Source of the DNA: Camelus ferus
Taxonomy: Eukaryota
Reading direction: 5' to 3'
Assembly: GCF_009834535.1 (NCBI RefSeq)
Contig: NC_045704.1
Span: forward strand, 17,174,001-17,238,000
Length of the DNA stretch: 64,000 nucleotides
Under the pieces are notes generated by a model. That model had not been told where the DNA came from, did not search any database, and saw nothing but the letters and a program-made list of their open reading frames with translations. Made by a program: the position numbers and the translations under genes. Positions 18,126 to 52,409 of the stretch are shown here, one piece after another. Within the stretch, counting starts at the first letter, position 1. Each line of letters starts with the position of its first letter.

Positions 18126-18452
18126 TTAGCAGAGTGAACGATATACCCGGTGGATGATGTAAGCACCCTCACCCTACAGACTCCAACAGTAGAACATAGA
18201 ATTGACAGTGAAATTGCCTGTTAATGGCATAATCCTACCTTGACCCAGTTGGATAAATCAGTCCCACAGTTGGATAAGTCAATCCCATTGATTCTATGAA
18301 ACAGAAGCATGGATGGTGGGCATGCCTCATGGGAGAGTCTTAACCATCCACAGAGAATGGGAGTCCCTGGTAAAAATGACCTGTTCATGGATATTATAAA
18401 CCCTCAGGGTGTGACTCCACCATAGAAATGTGGACCATCTTGGATAGTTCAA

Positions 18453-18545
18453 CTTTTTTTTCCCCTTAACAGAGGCACTGGGTATTGAGCCCAGGACCTC
18501 ATGCATGCCAAGCACATGTTCTACCACTGAGCTATACCCTACCCC
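18453..18545 (-). mobile_element. tRNA-derived SINE (camelid type)
   Basis: A box tatagctcagtggtag, B box gggctcaatacc, A-tail. 15-bp TSD tcttggatagttcaa at 18438 and 18555. Confidence 0.85.
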
Positions 18546-19159
18546 ATGCCAGTGTCTTGGATAGTTCAATCGCCTTGTGAACACCAAAAGCCACCCCCAA
18601 GGATGGTGAACCCCACCATTGCTGTGTGAAACACCAAGGTGTTATGAACTTGTGATGGAAACTATTTATCACCACTGGTCATTCCTTGAAGACATACCAT
18701 CCCACCAAGGCCATGTCAACTGCAATGAACAAGGACCCCCCCACACACCTTTCCCCAGTTCACTATGGAAAGTCCCCACAAATGCCCCTGGGTCGGGTGA
18801 AAATCACAGCCTCTCACAGACCTAGGATTTGCCTGGGATGAATAGTGTAGAACTGCATGGAGAGAACAACTCTGTCTGGACAGTGAGGACACCCCCATTC
18901 CCAGGGACGCAGAAGTTCTTGTTCCAGTTTACTGTCCTGACACAGATAACATTTCTCCTATTATTGTCAGGCAAAGGCATGGACAGAACCTGTCCCCACA
19001 GAAGTCACAACTCTTCACAGAGTTCACTCCTGGGAAGGAAACTGTGTGGATGATAAAAATCATAATCACAACCCCCCATCACCCATCTGAGCAATAATGA
19101 AACACTATTACTCTATGAACATTGTAGTTCCCTTAGTATGATCCACTTTATATGGATAG

Positions 19160-20285
19160 CATAGCCATCTAAGCAGTGTGGCCATTGCCAAATGGAAAAT
19201 GTCACCACCTTATAGTATCATCCTCTGTCATCTCCCTGACTTGAAATGTAGAGCAGCCCCAGGGCTCAGTCCCAGGTCCTCTTCTCCACCCACACCCCTT
19301 CCCTTGATGACCTCCGCCAGGCCCACGGTTTCACATACCATCTCTATGCTGATTGCACCCAAATTTCTATCTGCAACTCAGAACTCTCCCCTGAACTCCA
19401 ATCTTGCACATCGAATTGCTTCCACCAGCGTCTCCACTTAGATTTCTTAAGTTTGCCAAGTCCAAATGGTCTTCCTGAGCTCCTCCAGACTGTCCCCCAC
19501 CCTCATCTTCCCCATCTCAAGAAACTGCAACTCCATTTTGCTGGTTGCTCAGGCTGAACAGTTTGGAGTCATCCTTGACTCCTTTCTCTCTTCCAACATC
19601 CAATCTGAGAGAAACTCCCATCAGCTCTACCTTCAGCTATTTCAGAATCAGCTACTCTTCGTCATGCCCACCCTGGTCTGGGGTCTGTTCACTGGTCTCC
19701 CTGCTGCCACTGGCCTCTACAGTCTGCTCTACCTGCAACCAGAAGGATTCTAGTAAATCAGAGGGGCATCCCTTTGCTGCCTTAAACCCTCCAGCAGCCC
19801 CTCTGCTCACTGGGAGTAGAAGCCAACTCCTGGCTTTTACCACTCCTTGCTTGCAAGGCCCTTCCTTCCCGACCTCACTTCCCACCTTTCTCCTTCGTGT
19901 CTTCTCCAACTTCACTCCAGTCTCTCCGCTATTTCTTGACTATGCCAGGCATATTCCTCCCTCGGGGATTTTGCCCATGTTATTCCATCTGCCTGGAAGG
20001 CTTTTCCCTCAGAGGTCTGCATAGTTCGTCCCTCACGCCCTTCAGGTTTTTACTCAAAAACCACCTTCCCAGGAAGACCCTGCCTGACGACTATATTTTA
20101 AATTTCAGCCGCATTCCGAGCTCCCTTTGTCCCTTTTATGCACTATTTTTCTCTATAGCACTGATCATGTGACATGTGTTTCCATAATGTATTTGCTTGT
20201 CATCTGAATCCCTCCTCCATAATGTCACCTCTAAGAAGGTAGGGGGTTTTGCCTGTTTTGTTGCCTATAGTATCCCCAGAGTATG
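19160..20285 (+). mobile_element. LINE-2 relic
   Basis: Typical L2 3' motifs, e.g. ttgcccatgttattccatctgcctggaa and tgttttgttgcctatagtatccccagag. Confidence 0.75.
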
Positions 20286-20489
20286 ACAATCAATAATGAA
20301 GGAATAAGCTCAATCTTTGGACAGCAAACCCCCTTATGCCCAATGTAATACCAATAAATGAAGCCCCAAACACACAGAGAAACCCTCCTGGATTGATGCC
20401 AGTGTAACCCCCTAAAGTATGAATCCTGATGTGAATCCCATAAAGAGGGAAACTTCCATAAAAAGTGCACTTGTCCTACTGAATGCCAT

Positions 20490-20745
20490 CTCCACAAAGA
20501 CAGGGATTTACTTGATCTGCATTCTTTTATTGTTTTTTGAGGGGGGTAGGTAATTAGGTTTATTTACTTATTTTTAGAGGAGGTGCTGGGGATTGAACCC
20601 AGGACCTCCTGCATGCTAAGCACATATTCTACTACTTGAGCTATACCCTTCCCCCTAATCTGCATTCTTCACTGCTCTATCACCAGTGCCTAGAACAGAG
20701 TCTGTCATAGAGTAGGCTGGTAATACGTATCTGCTGAAGTGAACT
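20490..20745 (+). mobile_element. LINE-2 3' terminus (interrupted by SINE)
   Basis: cagggattt..ttcactgctctatcaccagtgcctagaacagagtctgtcatagagtagg. Confidence 0.7.
20527..20657 (-). mobile_element. tRNA-derived SINE (camelid type)
   Basis: tRNA head plus aaataaacctaattacc tail. 12-bp TSD atctgcattctt at 20515 and 20658. Inserted in an L2 3' end. Confidence 0.9.
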
Positions 20746-21510
20746 GAGTCCACATACGGCTGGCATAACCCCACAGTCAGACAGTGCAATATCCATAATT
20801 GTTGTAAACCCTATACCCAGTGTAACTCTTGTATGGACAGTATAAACCTCAAACAGTGTGATGCTCAAAACCAGTGTGGGCCCCAATATAGGCAGCATGA
20901 CCCTCAAAAACCTCATACAGATAAGGTAACCCTCATAAATGATCTGAACCCCATACAGACCATACAACCTCCATAAACCGTGTGGGCTGTATACAGCAGG
21001 TCAACCCACGTAAATGGTGTAACCCCGTATAGGCACTGTAATTCTAATAACAGTGTGAGCCCCATATAGATGGTGAGAAGACAAATAAACAATTTGTACC
21101 CCCATCACATGGCTTGTCCCCTCATTAGTGTGCTCTACCATAGAGGTGACATAACTTGTTTAAATTGTGTGAACTCCTCCAGCAGCAGGGTCAATTCCCA
21201 CAACCAGGGTAAACCTCACATGCATGGTGTAGAGAAGCAAATAAACAGGGTCACCTCACTAAGCAGTGTGACTCCATGTGAAGTAGAGCTGCATAGTCAG
21301 CATGGCATCATGCAGTATAGCCTATGGGCATTGTGCCCCCACATGGACAGTGCCACCTACTTGGGTGGACCACTCTATGAATAGTGTAGACTCAACCAGT
21401 GGGTGCAATAAACCCCAAAATCACCATCAGCTTTATTAAGTCATGGATAATGTAGCCCTTTCCCATAGACAGAGAAAAAACTCCCTGTTCCATTTAAACC
21501 CTCTGGACTC

Positions 21511-22432
21511 AGGTGTGGAGAAAAGGGAAACCTCTTATATTGTTTCTGGGAATGTAAATTGGTACCGCCACTATGGAAAATAGTACAGAGGTTTACTTAA
21601 ATAAAAAAACTAAAAGTAGAGTTGCCATATGATCCAGCAATCCCACTCCTGGGCATATATCTGGAGAAAAGTCTAATTCAAAAACATACATGCACCCCAA
21701 TGTTCATAGCAGCACTGTTTACAATAGCCAAGACATGGAAGCAACCTAAATGCCCATCAACAGACAAATGGATAAAGAAAATGTGGGGTATATATAAACA
21801 CACACCCACACATAATGGACTATTACTCAGCCATAAAAGAGAATGAAATAATGCCATTTGCAGCAACATGGTTGGACCTAGACATTATCATTCTAAGTGA
21901 AGTAAGTCAGACAGAGAAATACAAACATTATATGGTATTACTTATACATGGAATCTAAAAAAATGACACGAGGGGTGGGTATAGCTCAGTGACAGAGCAC
22001 ATACTTAGCATGCATGAGGTCCTGGGTTCAATCCCCAATACCTCCTTTAAAAATAATAATTAAAATTTTTTTCATAAATAAAAAAATTTTAAAATGACTT
22101 ATTTACAAAACAGAAACAGACTCACAGACATAGAAAACAAACACGGTTACCGGTGGGGAGAGGCAGGTGGAGGGATAAATTGGGAGTTTGGGATTGGCAG
22201 ATACAAACTACTACGTACAGAACAGATAAACAACAGGGTGCTACTGTAAAGCACAGGGAACTATACTCAATATCTTGTAACAAACTATAATGGAAAAGAA
22301 TATAAAAATGAATTTTATGTATACAAATACTTTGCTGTACACCAGAAACTAACACAACATTGTAAATCAACTATACTTCAATTAAGAATTAAAAATTAAA
22401 AAACAAAAAATAAAAAATAAAAATATAATAAT
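21511..22432 (+). mobile_element. 5'-truncated LINE-1 (ORF2 C-terminus, 3' UTR, poly(A))
   Basis: Translates to L1 ORF2-like YDPAIPLLGIY..CTPMFIAALFTIAKTWKQPKCPSTDKWIKKMW. A-rich tail and 15-bp TSD. Confidence 0.95.
21970..22090 (+). mobile_element. tRNA-derived SINE (camelid type) nested in L1
   Basis: ggggtgggtatagctcagtgacagagc..gggttcaatcccc. TSD aaaatgac on both sides. Confidence 0.9.
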
Positions 22433-22589
22433 AAACCCTCTCGGCTCAAATAGAGGTGGCCAAAGAACACACCTGGCCAAAAAGATATAAATCATGGATT
22501 GAGTGAGGCTTGCACAAAAGCTTCTGAAAGGAAAAAGATTCAAAATATCAACCCCTTATATCCCATATCCTTGCTTGGAACTTGGAACC

Positions 22590-23370
22590 AATGTCAAGAG
22601 CTCCAGCAGCCACTGAGATAGAGGAACTAAGTATGACTGAAAAGACGAGGTGACTCACTCTCTTCAGATGTAAGAGGAAAATACATCTCTATTTTGTTTA
22701 AGCCACTGTTGTTTGGATTTCTCTTTTTTTCTTTTCCTTTTTTTTTTTAGTGATCATTAATTTTATTTATTTATTTATTTGTCTACCTATCTATCCATCT
22801 AACTATTGAAGTACAATCACTTACAATGTGTCAATTTCTGGTATACAGCACATTGTCCCAGTCTTACATATATTTGTTTTCATATTCTTTTTCATTAAAG
22901 GTTATTGTAACATATTGAATATATGTGCTATATAGAAGAATTTTTCCCTGTACTATACAGAAGAAATTTTTTAATCTATTTTTATATATAGTGGCTAACA
23001 TTTGCCAATCTCAAATTCCCAAATTTATCCCTTACTATCCCCTTTTTCCTGGTAACCATAAGATTGTGTACTACGTCTGCGAGTCTGTTTCTGTTTTGTA
23101 GATGAGTTCATTAGTGTCCTCTTCTTTTCTTTTTTTAGATTCCACATATGAGTGGTATCATATGGTATTTTTCTTTCTCTTTCTGGCTTATTTCACTTAG
23201 AATGATAATCTCTAGGTCCATCCATGTGGCTGCAAATGGTGTTATTTTATCTTTTTTATGTCTGGGTAGTATTCCATCGTATAAATATACCACAGCTTCT
23301 TTATCCAGTCATTTGTCGATGGTGTTGTTTAGATTTCTATTACATGTGTCTGAACTTTAACTGGTAGCAG
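22590..23370 (+). mobile_element. MaLR (MLT1-like) LTR 3' fragment split by the L1
   Basis: ..ttgtttaagccactgttgtttggatttct|attacatgtgtctgaactttaactggta.. resembles an MLT1 terminus. Confidence 0.5.
22723..23322 (-). mobile_element. 5'-truncated LINE-1 3' end
   Basis: T-rich tail, then tagattccacatatgagtggtatcatatggtattttt..ctaggtccatccatgtggctgcaaatgg. 16-bp TSD tgttgttt(g/a)gatttct at 22707 and 23323. Confidence 0.9.
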
Positions 23371-23501
23371 AGTTACAAAAAAGATTCAATAAAGTTGAAA
23401 GACTATTAACATTAAAAAAAAATAACCCTCTGGGCTTCTATAACTTTCATACAATTATATTAACCCCCCTTCACCAAAATGAAAAGTATTCAACCCCATT
23501 C

Positions 23502-23502
<1 letters not shown>

Positions 23503-23534
<32 letters not shown>
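23503..23534. repeat. (AC)16 microsatellite
   Basis: Read directly from the sequence. Confidence 0.95.
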
Positions 23535-23536
<2 letters not shown>

Positions 23537-23669
23537 CTCTCTGAAGGGCAGTGTAACCCATCACTGACAATAGGCCCCAAATAAAGGCCAAGAAATGGTG
23601 AATTCTTAAATGATAGAGGTTTCCTAGAGTCCAATGCAGGATGGGTCACATAAAAACCAACACTCCTAT

Positions 23670-23820
23670 TTACTGAGCACTTATGATATGCAAGGCATCT
23701 CATTTCATCCTCACCTTAACTTTATGAGGTACATATTCTAATGATCCCCATTTTTCAGGTGAGGAGAGTGAGACTGAGAGAGGTTACAGGTCCAAAGTTA
23801 CACAGCTAAAAATCATGACA
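23670..23820 (-). mobile_element. MIR relic
   Basis: tttactgagcacttatgat..ccccatttttcaggtgaggagagtgag. Confidence 0.7.
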
Positions 23821-23823
23821 GCT

Positions 23824-23961
23824 GGGGAGGTCAAGGTATAGCTTAGTGGTAGAGTGCTTGCCTAGCACGAACGAGGTCCTGGGTTCATTACCTCTATTAA
23901 ATAAATAAATAAATAAATAAATAAACCTAATTACCTCCCCCCAAAACAAAAACAAACAAAA
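23824..23961 (+). mobile_element. tRNA-derived SINE (camelid type) nested in MIR
   Basis: tRNA head, (TAAA)n, aaacctaattacctcccccc and A-rich tail. acagctg flanks both sides. Confidence 0.85.
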
Positions 23962-24189
23962 GAATAGTCACAGCTGAGACATCAAGCACTGGACCATAAT
24001 GCCTCCTGACAGATTGATAAGTGCCCCACAGATATGCTGAACCCTAGAATCCTTCTAAAAATCATCACCACTAGCACCACCACAACACATACAAACTATG
24101 GACAAGGTTACCAGTAAGATTGTGACAGCATAAACTCTTCAGGTAGTGATAAACTTCTGAATAATAATAATCACAACAAGAGTTAACAT

Positions 24190-24400
24190 TTTTGAGGATC
24201 TATTCGGCTAGAGACACTGACCTATATGCTTTGCACATCTTAACTAATTATATCTTCATAACAAGCCTATGCCATAGGGTTAAAAAATATTATCCTCTTA
24301 CCGATGTAGAAATTGAGGCACAGGGGGTTTAAGTGACTTGCCCAAGGTCACACAATTGGGAAGAAGCCCAGCTGGGTTTGACCCTGAGCAGCCTGGCTAA
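24190..24400 (-). mobile_element. MIR relic
   Basis: gatgtagaaattgaggcacagggggtttaagtgacttgcccaaggtcacac. Confidence 0.75.
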
Positions 24401-26220
24401 GCTTGTGTTATTCTGCTTCCTGCAACCTCACTGCACCACCCCTGCCCCCCCCCCCCCCAACTCCACATGACAGTGTAATTTCAATGAACTGTGTAACTAA
24501 GTTAACTACATTTTATGTAATTCTTCCAGGGGCAGGGTACAGCTCCCTGTGCACACCTTTCCTCAATGACAGGTGATATAGGCCTTGGACAGTGTGAGCT
24601 CCCACAGACTGGTCTCCTTGATGCACAGTGTAACTTGAATAAGCAGTGGGAATCCCTCTGTGGACATTAAAAACACATCACAGCCAGAGACAATTCTGAA
24701 CAGACAGTAGAGACCCCCTTTTACTACAGCAGAGTGTTCCCTAGGCAGGATGAATTCATTCGTGAAGAGTACAGGTCTGCCCACTGAGTCTAATTCTCCC
24801 TCACACCTGTTGTAAACTGTGGAACATGAAACATTATCCCAATCAATGGAAATCTTCCCTCAACGCATCGTAAGCTCCCATGGGCAACGCAAACTTTCAC
24901 CCAGCATGTGCCTTCCCATGGACAGTATAATCTCTTTCATATCCATGACAAAGTTAACATGGACATGAATATCTCCATGCTTGGGGAACTTTCTGTAGCT
25001 GCTGTGAACCCCTTATGGGACAGCAGGAACCTTTCTCCAAGGCCATACCTAAGTGGGCAGCTGGAACTCTCTGATGAGTATAAACTTTCCTCAGACCCAG
25101 CAGCCACCCAACGTGCACAGTATAAACTGCCCTGTAAAATTTCCCTCATCTTAGGGCCCACTCATGCAAGTGCAAACTCTCTTTTAAAATATTAAAATAG
25201 TAGTAATAATATGATAGTATTAGATAGTATGTCAATATAATAGCATAAGTAATAGTGTAAGATTCCTTTCCAGTGTGAACTCCTTGTAGACAGTGAAATT
25301 TCCCTCACTATCAAGGCAAATCTTCTATGGACAGCAGACAATGTGACTCTTATGGATAATGTGAATCTTTTATATTCAGTGAATCCCGTTGGACAACTGA
25401 CATTTATTTCTTGCTGGGAGGCTCACCGGAAGTGTGAGTATTACAGGCAGTAACGCCCTGCTGGGTGCATTTTCTTTACACCTGGTATGAATCCCGTGTG
25501 GATACTGGGAATCCATCAGACGCAGGAGGTGACTCCCCTAAAGTCCATTACTCCCAGGGCAAATGCAATGCAGAGAGCATGGATGCACTGCCAGGTGTGA
25601 ACCCCGTATCTGTTCAGCAGGAATCTACTACTGACAGGGCATATGGCTCTCCTCCCCATTCCCAGTATGATCCCCCACCTAAAAAAAAAAATCTTGCTCC
25701 TGCCAGGTGTGAACACCCCTAAAGTGTAGCTCTTCACGGAATGTAGTGTTAAGCTAAAAAAGCGCCGCATTTCCCCATTTCCTACCTTCCCCTCATAACT
25801 AGGGGGGATTGTCAATAAACTGCGTTGTCCCAAATGCCAAAGTCTTGGAGGAAGTGACTGTCCCCAGAGCCACCAAACCCCAGGCCGAGCGCCTTCACTA
25901 CTCTGCAGCGCGCGCCACCCAACAAGCGCACGTTCCTTTCCCTCCCGGTGGCAACAAGGCTTTCCGCGAGGCCGCGCCAGACTTTCTGAGACTATTGATT
26001 GGTTGTAGTCCCGGCCACCCGGCAGCCAATCAAGCGGGGGAAAGGTGACATCACTTGTTCTCCCCTCCCCCTCCTACCCCAAACTTCCCTACTCCCGGCT
26101 ACCAGCAGCAACAACCACGTGGGGGAGGGGTAAGAGAGTAGAACCCGGTGAGGTCATTGCGCCTCCCCGACCGCTGCTGATTGGCTGCGGGGCTCGCGGG
26201 TGGCGGTTGGTTGCTCCTCG

Positions 26221-26290
26221 CACCTCCCCCTCGTGCCGCTGCCGCCGCCACTGAGAGAAGCCAGCGGCGACGCCAGAGCCGGGAATCCGG
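26221..26290 (+). other. CIC: Probable distal non-coding first exon of CIC-L (start approximate)
   Basis: GC-rich run ending ..gggaatccgg|gtgagt at 26290, just downstream of CCAAT boxes. Confidence 0.55.
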
Positions 26291-26897
26291 GTGAGTCGGG
26301 GCCCTGGGTCTAAAATGCTCCTAGGGTCCAGAGAGACTTACGAGGAACTGCTCTTTCGACTTTTTCTCCTCGCACGGGTTCTTTGGAGCTCCAGGCACTC
26401 TGTCACATGGGAGTTGTAGTCTGCCACGTACTGTTTACTATGGGCCGGAGACGTAAGAAGACTACCACTCCCAGCAGGAATTGCGACTAGCCGGTCAACA
26501 AACGCTCAGGCCACGCCTTCTAAGCCTGTTGATTGGAGAGCCCTACCCTTAGCCCCTCCTCCTTGCATTTCACTGGCTACTGTCCCTCACAGAGGCTGGT
26601 TCCGGCCTAGAGTGCAAGGTTACTGGGTACTGTATTCGTCATTCGGCACTAAGAAGGCTCGCGATTGGTCAATACTGGTGTCCATCGCTTGTTGTAGGGC
26701 AGGACCCTAGGCTGATCAGGCGGTCGTAGGCTCAGGTTGGTGTCGGTCCCAGAGGGAGGCTGATCTTGGACTTTGGCTCCTCCCCCTAGCGCTGCCGGGT
26801 GGGCGCGATTGGTTGTGGCAAACGTCGCTCGTCGTTGAGAGGCGGAGCCGACGAGGCTCCGAATATCTATTGGCCTAGGACGGCGCCGGTCAGCGGG

Positions 26898-27074
26898 NNN
26901 NNNNNNNNNNNNNNNNNNNNNNNNNNNNNNNNNNNNNNNNNNNNNNNNNNNNNNNNNNNNNNNNNNNNNNNNNNNNNNNNNNNNNNNNNNNNNNNNNNNN
27001 NNNNNNNNNNNNNNNNNNNNNNNNNNNNNNNNNNNNNNNNNNNNNNNNNNNNCCGAAACCCCGCTGAGCCCGAG
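26898..27074 (+). other. CIC: Non-coding first exon of CIC-L (5' part hidden in N-run)
   Basis: Donor cccgag|gtgagg at 27074, 2.4 kb upstream of the acceptor at 29473, within the CpG island. Confidence 0.7.
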
Positions 27075-28904
27075 GTGAGGGGCGGGGCCAGGGCTGACAC
27101 GGGCAGGGGGGATTTGGGGTGCTGGGGGCCGAGAGGGGACAGGTGGCAGAGACGGGGAGGGGTACAGGGGAAAAGGGGTGAGTGGGATGGTGGGAAGGGG
27201 CGCAGAGTGGAGGAAGTGGTGGGGAGAAGGAGTGGCTGAAAAAAGGTGACAAGGANNNNNNNNNNNNNNNNNNNNNNNNNNNNNNNNNNNNNNNNNNNNN
27301 NNNNNNNNNNNNNNNNNNNNNNNNNNNNNNNNNNNNNNNNNNNNNNNNNNNNNNNNNNNNNNNNNNNNNNNNNNNNNNNNNNNNNNNGACATGAGAGTGA
27401 CTGGGAGAAAGAGGTGACAGAGATAGTTGAGGGTGACAAGGAGAGGGTTATTGAGGAGGGGGCCTAGGGCCTGTGAAGAGAGAGGTAAAGATAGAGATGT
27501 TAACAGGATGGAGAGAGAGTGGCAGAGAAGCTGGTGCCAGGAGGCTTGATGGGAGGGGAGGACATGAGACCCTGAAGAGCCTGGGTCAGCCTGGGCTTCA
27601 CAGGAGTTACTGCTCAGATTCTGAGGGAGGTGAGGGCCCACAGGGTGGGAATTATCTAGTGAGGAGTGGGAGTTATCCAGAGAGGAGTGGACAGGAAGAG
27701 ACTAGGCCCCAGTGGAAAGAAAGAGGCTTGGCTTCTGGTGTGAAGAGGCTGGGCCAGGCAGCAGGGTCCAGGGGTGCCAGGCAGTGTGGTTGTAGGCCCT
27801 GGGTGGGGTATGCAAAGGTTTGTGTTGGGGCCGGATGTCAGCCCCCAGGATGGTGGCCCAGCGGGTCAGTGGGGAGAAGGTGGTGGGGCTGGCTGCCCAA
27901 CTCCCAGGCACTTGGGTGCCTGCCCCAGTGTGAGAAGCTCCAGGCCCTCCAGCCTCTGCCTGTGAAGACCCCAGGATTGGCTCAGAGAAAGGGCAGCCTG
28001 GGATTGTAGGAACCAAAGGAGCAGCAGGCCCCAAATGGGAGAACATGAGGTCACGGGTACCGTGGGAGCCTGAAGACTGAGTCAGGGGTGCCTCAGATTG
28101 TGTTTGGCTTATGGTCCTGGGTCTCCCAACCCTCCCAGAGGCCCCCTTTTTGGCCTCTCAGGTTCTCTTAGTCACTTCAGAGTAAAGTTTTTTCCCTTCT
28201 CTTTTCTCAGGGCAGCTTGAAAGGGGGCGGGCAGTAATGACTGTTCAGGAAGTGGGTGAGGTTGGCCTGCTGGGCTTGTCCTGCTTTCTTTGACCTTCTC
28301 CCACTTACCCCCACCTGGAGTCTGAGGGCATATTTGGGGGCAAGGGGGGTCCAGTCAGCTCAGCCACCCTGCCAGAGCCAGCCTAGCCAGGGCGGGGATG
28401 CACGCAGGCCAGAAGCGGGGGCTGGGCTTTTGGGTATCACGCTGGGTGCTGTGGGGGGAGGGGCAGGCTCCCATCCAGTGGGACAGGGAAACCCTGGGGT
28501 GCCGGTCTGTGTCCCACTGTGTGATGACGTGTGTGTCTGTGTGTGTGTGTTTGTGCGCGTGCGTGTGCTTATGCACGGCCCCGTGGCAGCATTGGGTATG
28601 AGCTCTTGCCCCAGACGTGCCCCTGCCTGTTCCCTGCCAGGATCTGGGGAGATGGCTATACCTGGCAGGCCTGGGGTGCAGAGCAGAGTGGGCAGCTGTC
28701 CCTTGGGACTCTCAGCCGCCCACTCCTTCCCACATTGCCTGTCCATGCCAGGCTGCCCAGAGGGGTTGGGGGTGGTGGTAGAGAGAGGCTCACATCACAG
28801 CCCAGTCACCTCCCTTTCTGTGACTGTGCCTGTGCATGTGTGTGTGTGTGCGTGTGCTCTCTGGACAGTGACAGTGCTGCAAGGAAGCATACCCTCTGGA
28901 TCAT

Positions 28905-29165
28905 GTGACAGGCGGCACACTGAAATGTTTAGGAGCTCAGACTCTGGAGCCAGATTGCCTGGGTTCAGATCTTAGCTCTGCCATTTCCTAGCTGGATGAA
29001 TTTGGACAAGTTGCTTGATCTCTTTGTACTCCGGTTTCCTCAAGTGTAAAATGGGGCTGATAGTAGCACCTGCCTCTTCGGGCTGTTGTGAGGATGAAAT
29101 GGGCTAATAAAGGCAGGTTTAGCCCAGGGCTTGGCACAAAGTGAGTGTTTCATAGGCATGAACTG
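28905..29165 (+). mobile_element. Near full-length MIR
   Basis: gactctggagccagattgcctgggttcag..ctccggtttcctcaagtgtaaaatgggg..ttgtgaggatgaaatg. Confidence 0.85.
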
Positions 29166-29483
29166 TTACTGCTGCTCGCGCTCCTTGGGGCAGTCAGAGT
29201 GTGTGCAGGTACCTACTGTGTCCTTTGCAGAGGAAGCAGATTATGTGAGCATCTCCAAGGAGCCAGAGTGTATAGCTCAGGGGACATGAGTGCCAGTCTG
29301 TGTCTGGGTGCTGGTCAGGGGCCCTCAGAGTTGAGGACAGCCAAGAAGGAAGCCTCAGGGATCATGGAGTTGAGGCAGTGGCCTCAGCAAGTGGGAAGTC
29401 TTTAGAGGACACTGGGTCTGGGGTGCTCCTGAGTTGCTCCCGATGATCCTTGTCTGCCCTCCTACTCTGCAGGCAGACAAAGG

Positions 29484-52409
<22,926 letters not shown>

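Larger units (their letters stand above)
18130..25750. repeat. Highly decayed minisatellite (about 17-21 bp, consensus roughly acagtgtaacccc(c)atgg), interrupted by transposons
   Basis: Recurrent cagtgt(a/g)a(a/c)c..cat(a/g)g units in 18130-19150, 20290-20490, 20750-21490, 23540-23600 and 24440-25750. Confidence 0.6.
25880..27100 (+). promoter_or_regulatory. CIC-L promoter CpG island with 7 CCAAT boxes and SBS motifs
   Basis: ATTGG/CCAAT at 25998, 26026, 26180, 26532, 26664, 26808 and 26869. TGGGAGTTGTAGT at 26408 and ACTACCACTCCCAGCA at 26461. Confidence 0.8.

Noticed and set aside
21622-21846. Functional L1 ORF2 protein
   Set aside because: Only a 5'-truncated C-terminal remnant, interrupted and without a promoter.
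18453-23961. Four tRNA genes
   Set aside because: Each has A/B boxes but a broken cloverleaf, an A-rich tail and flanking target-site duplications, so they are SINEs.
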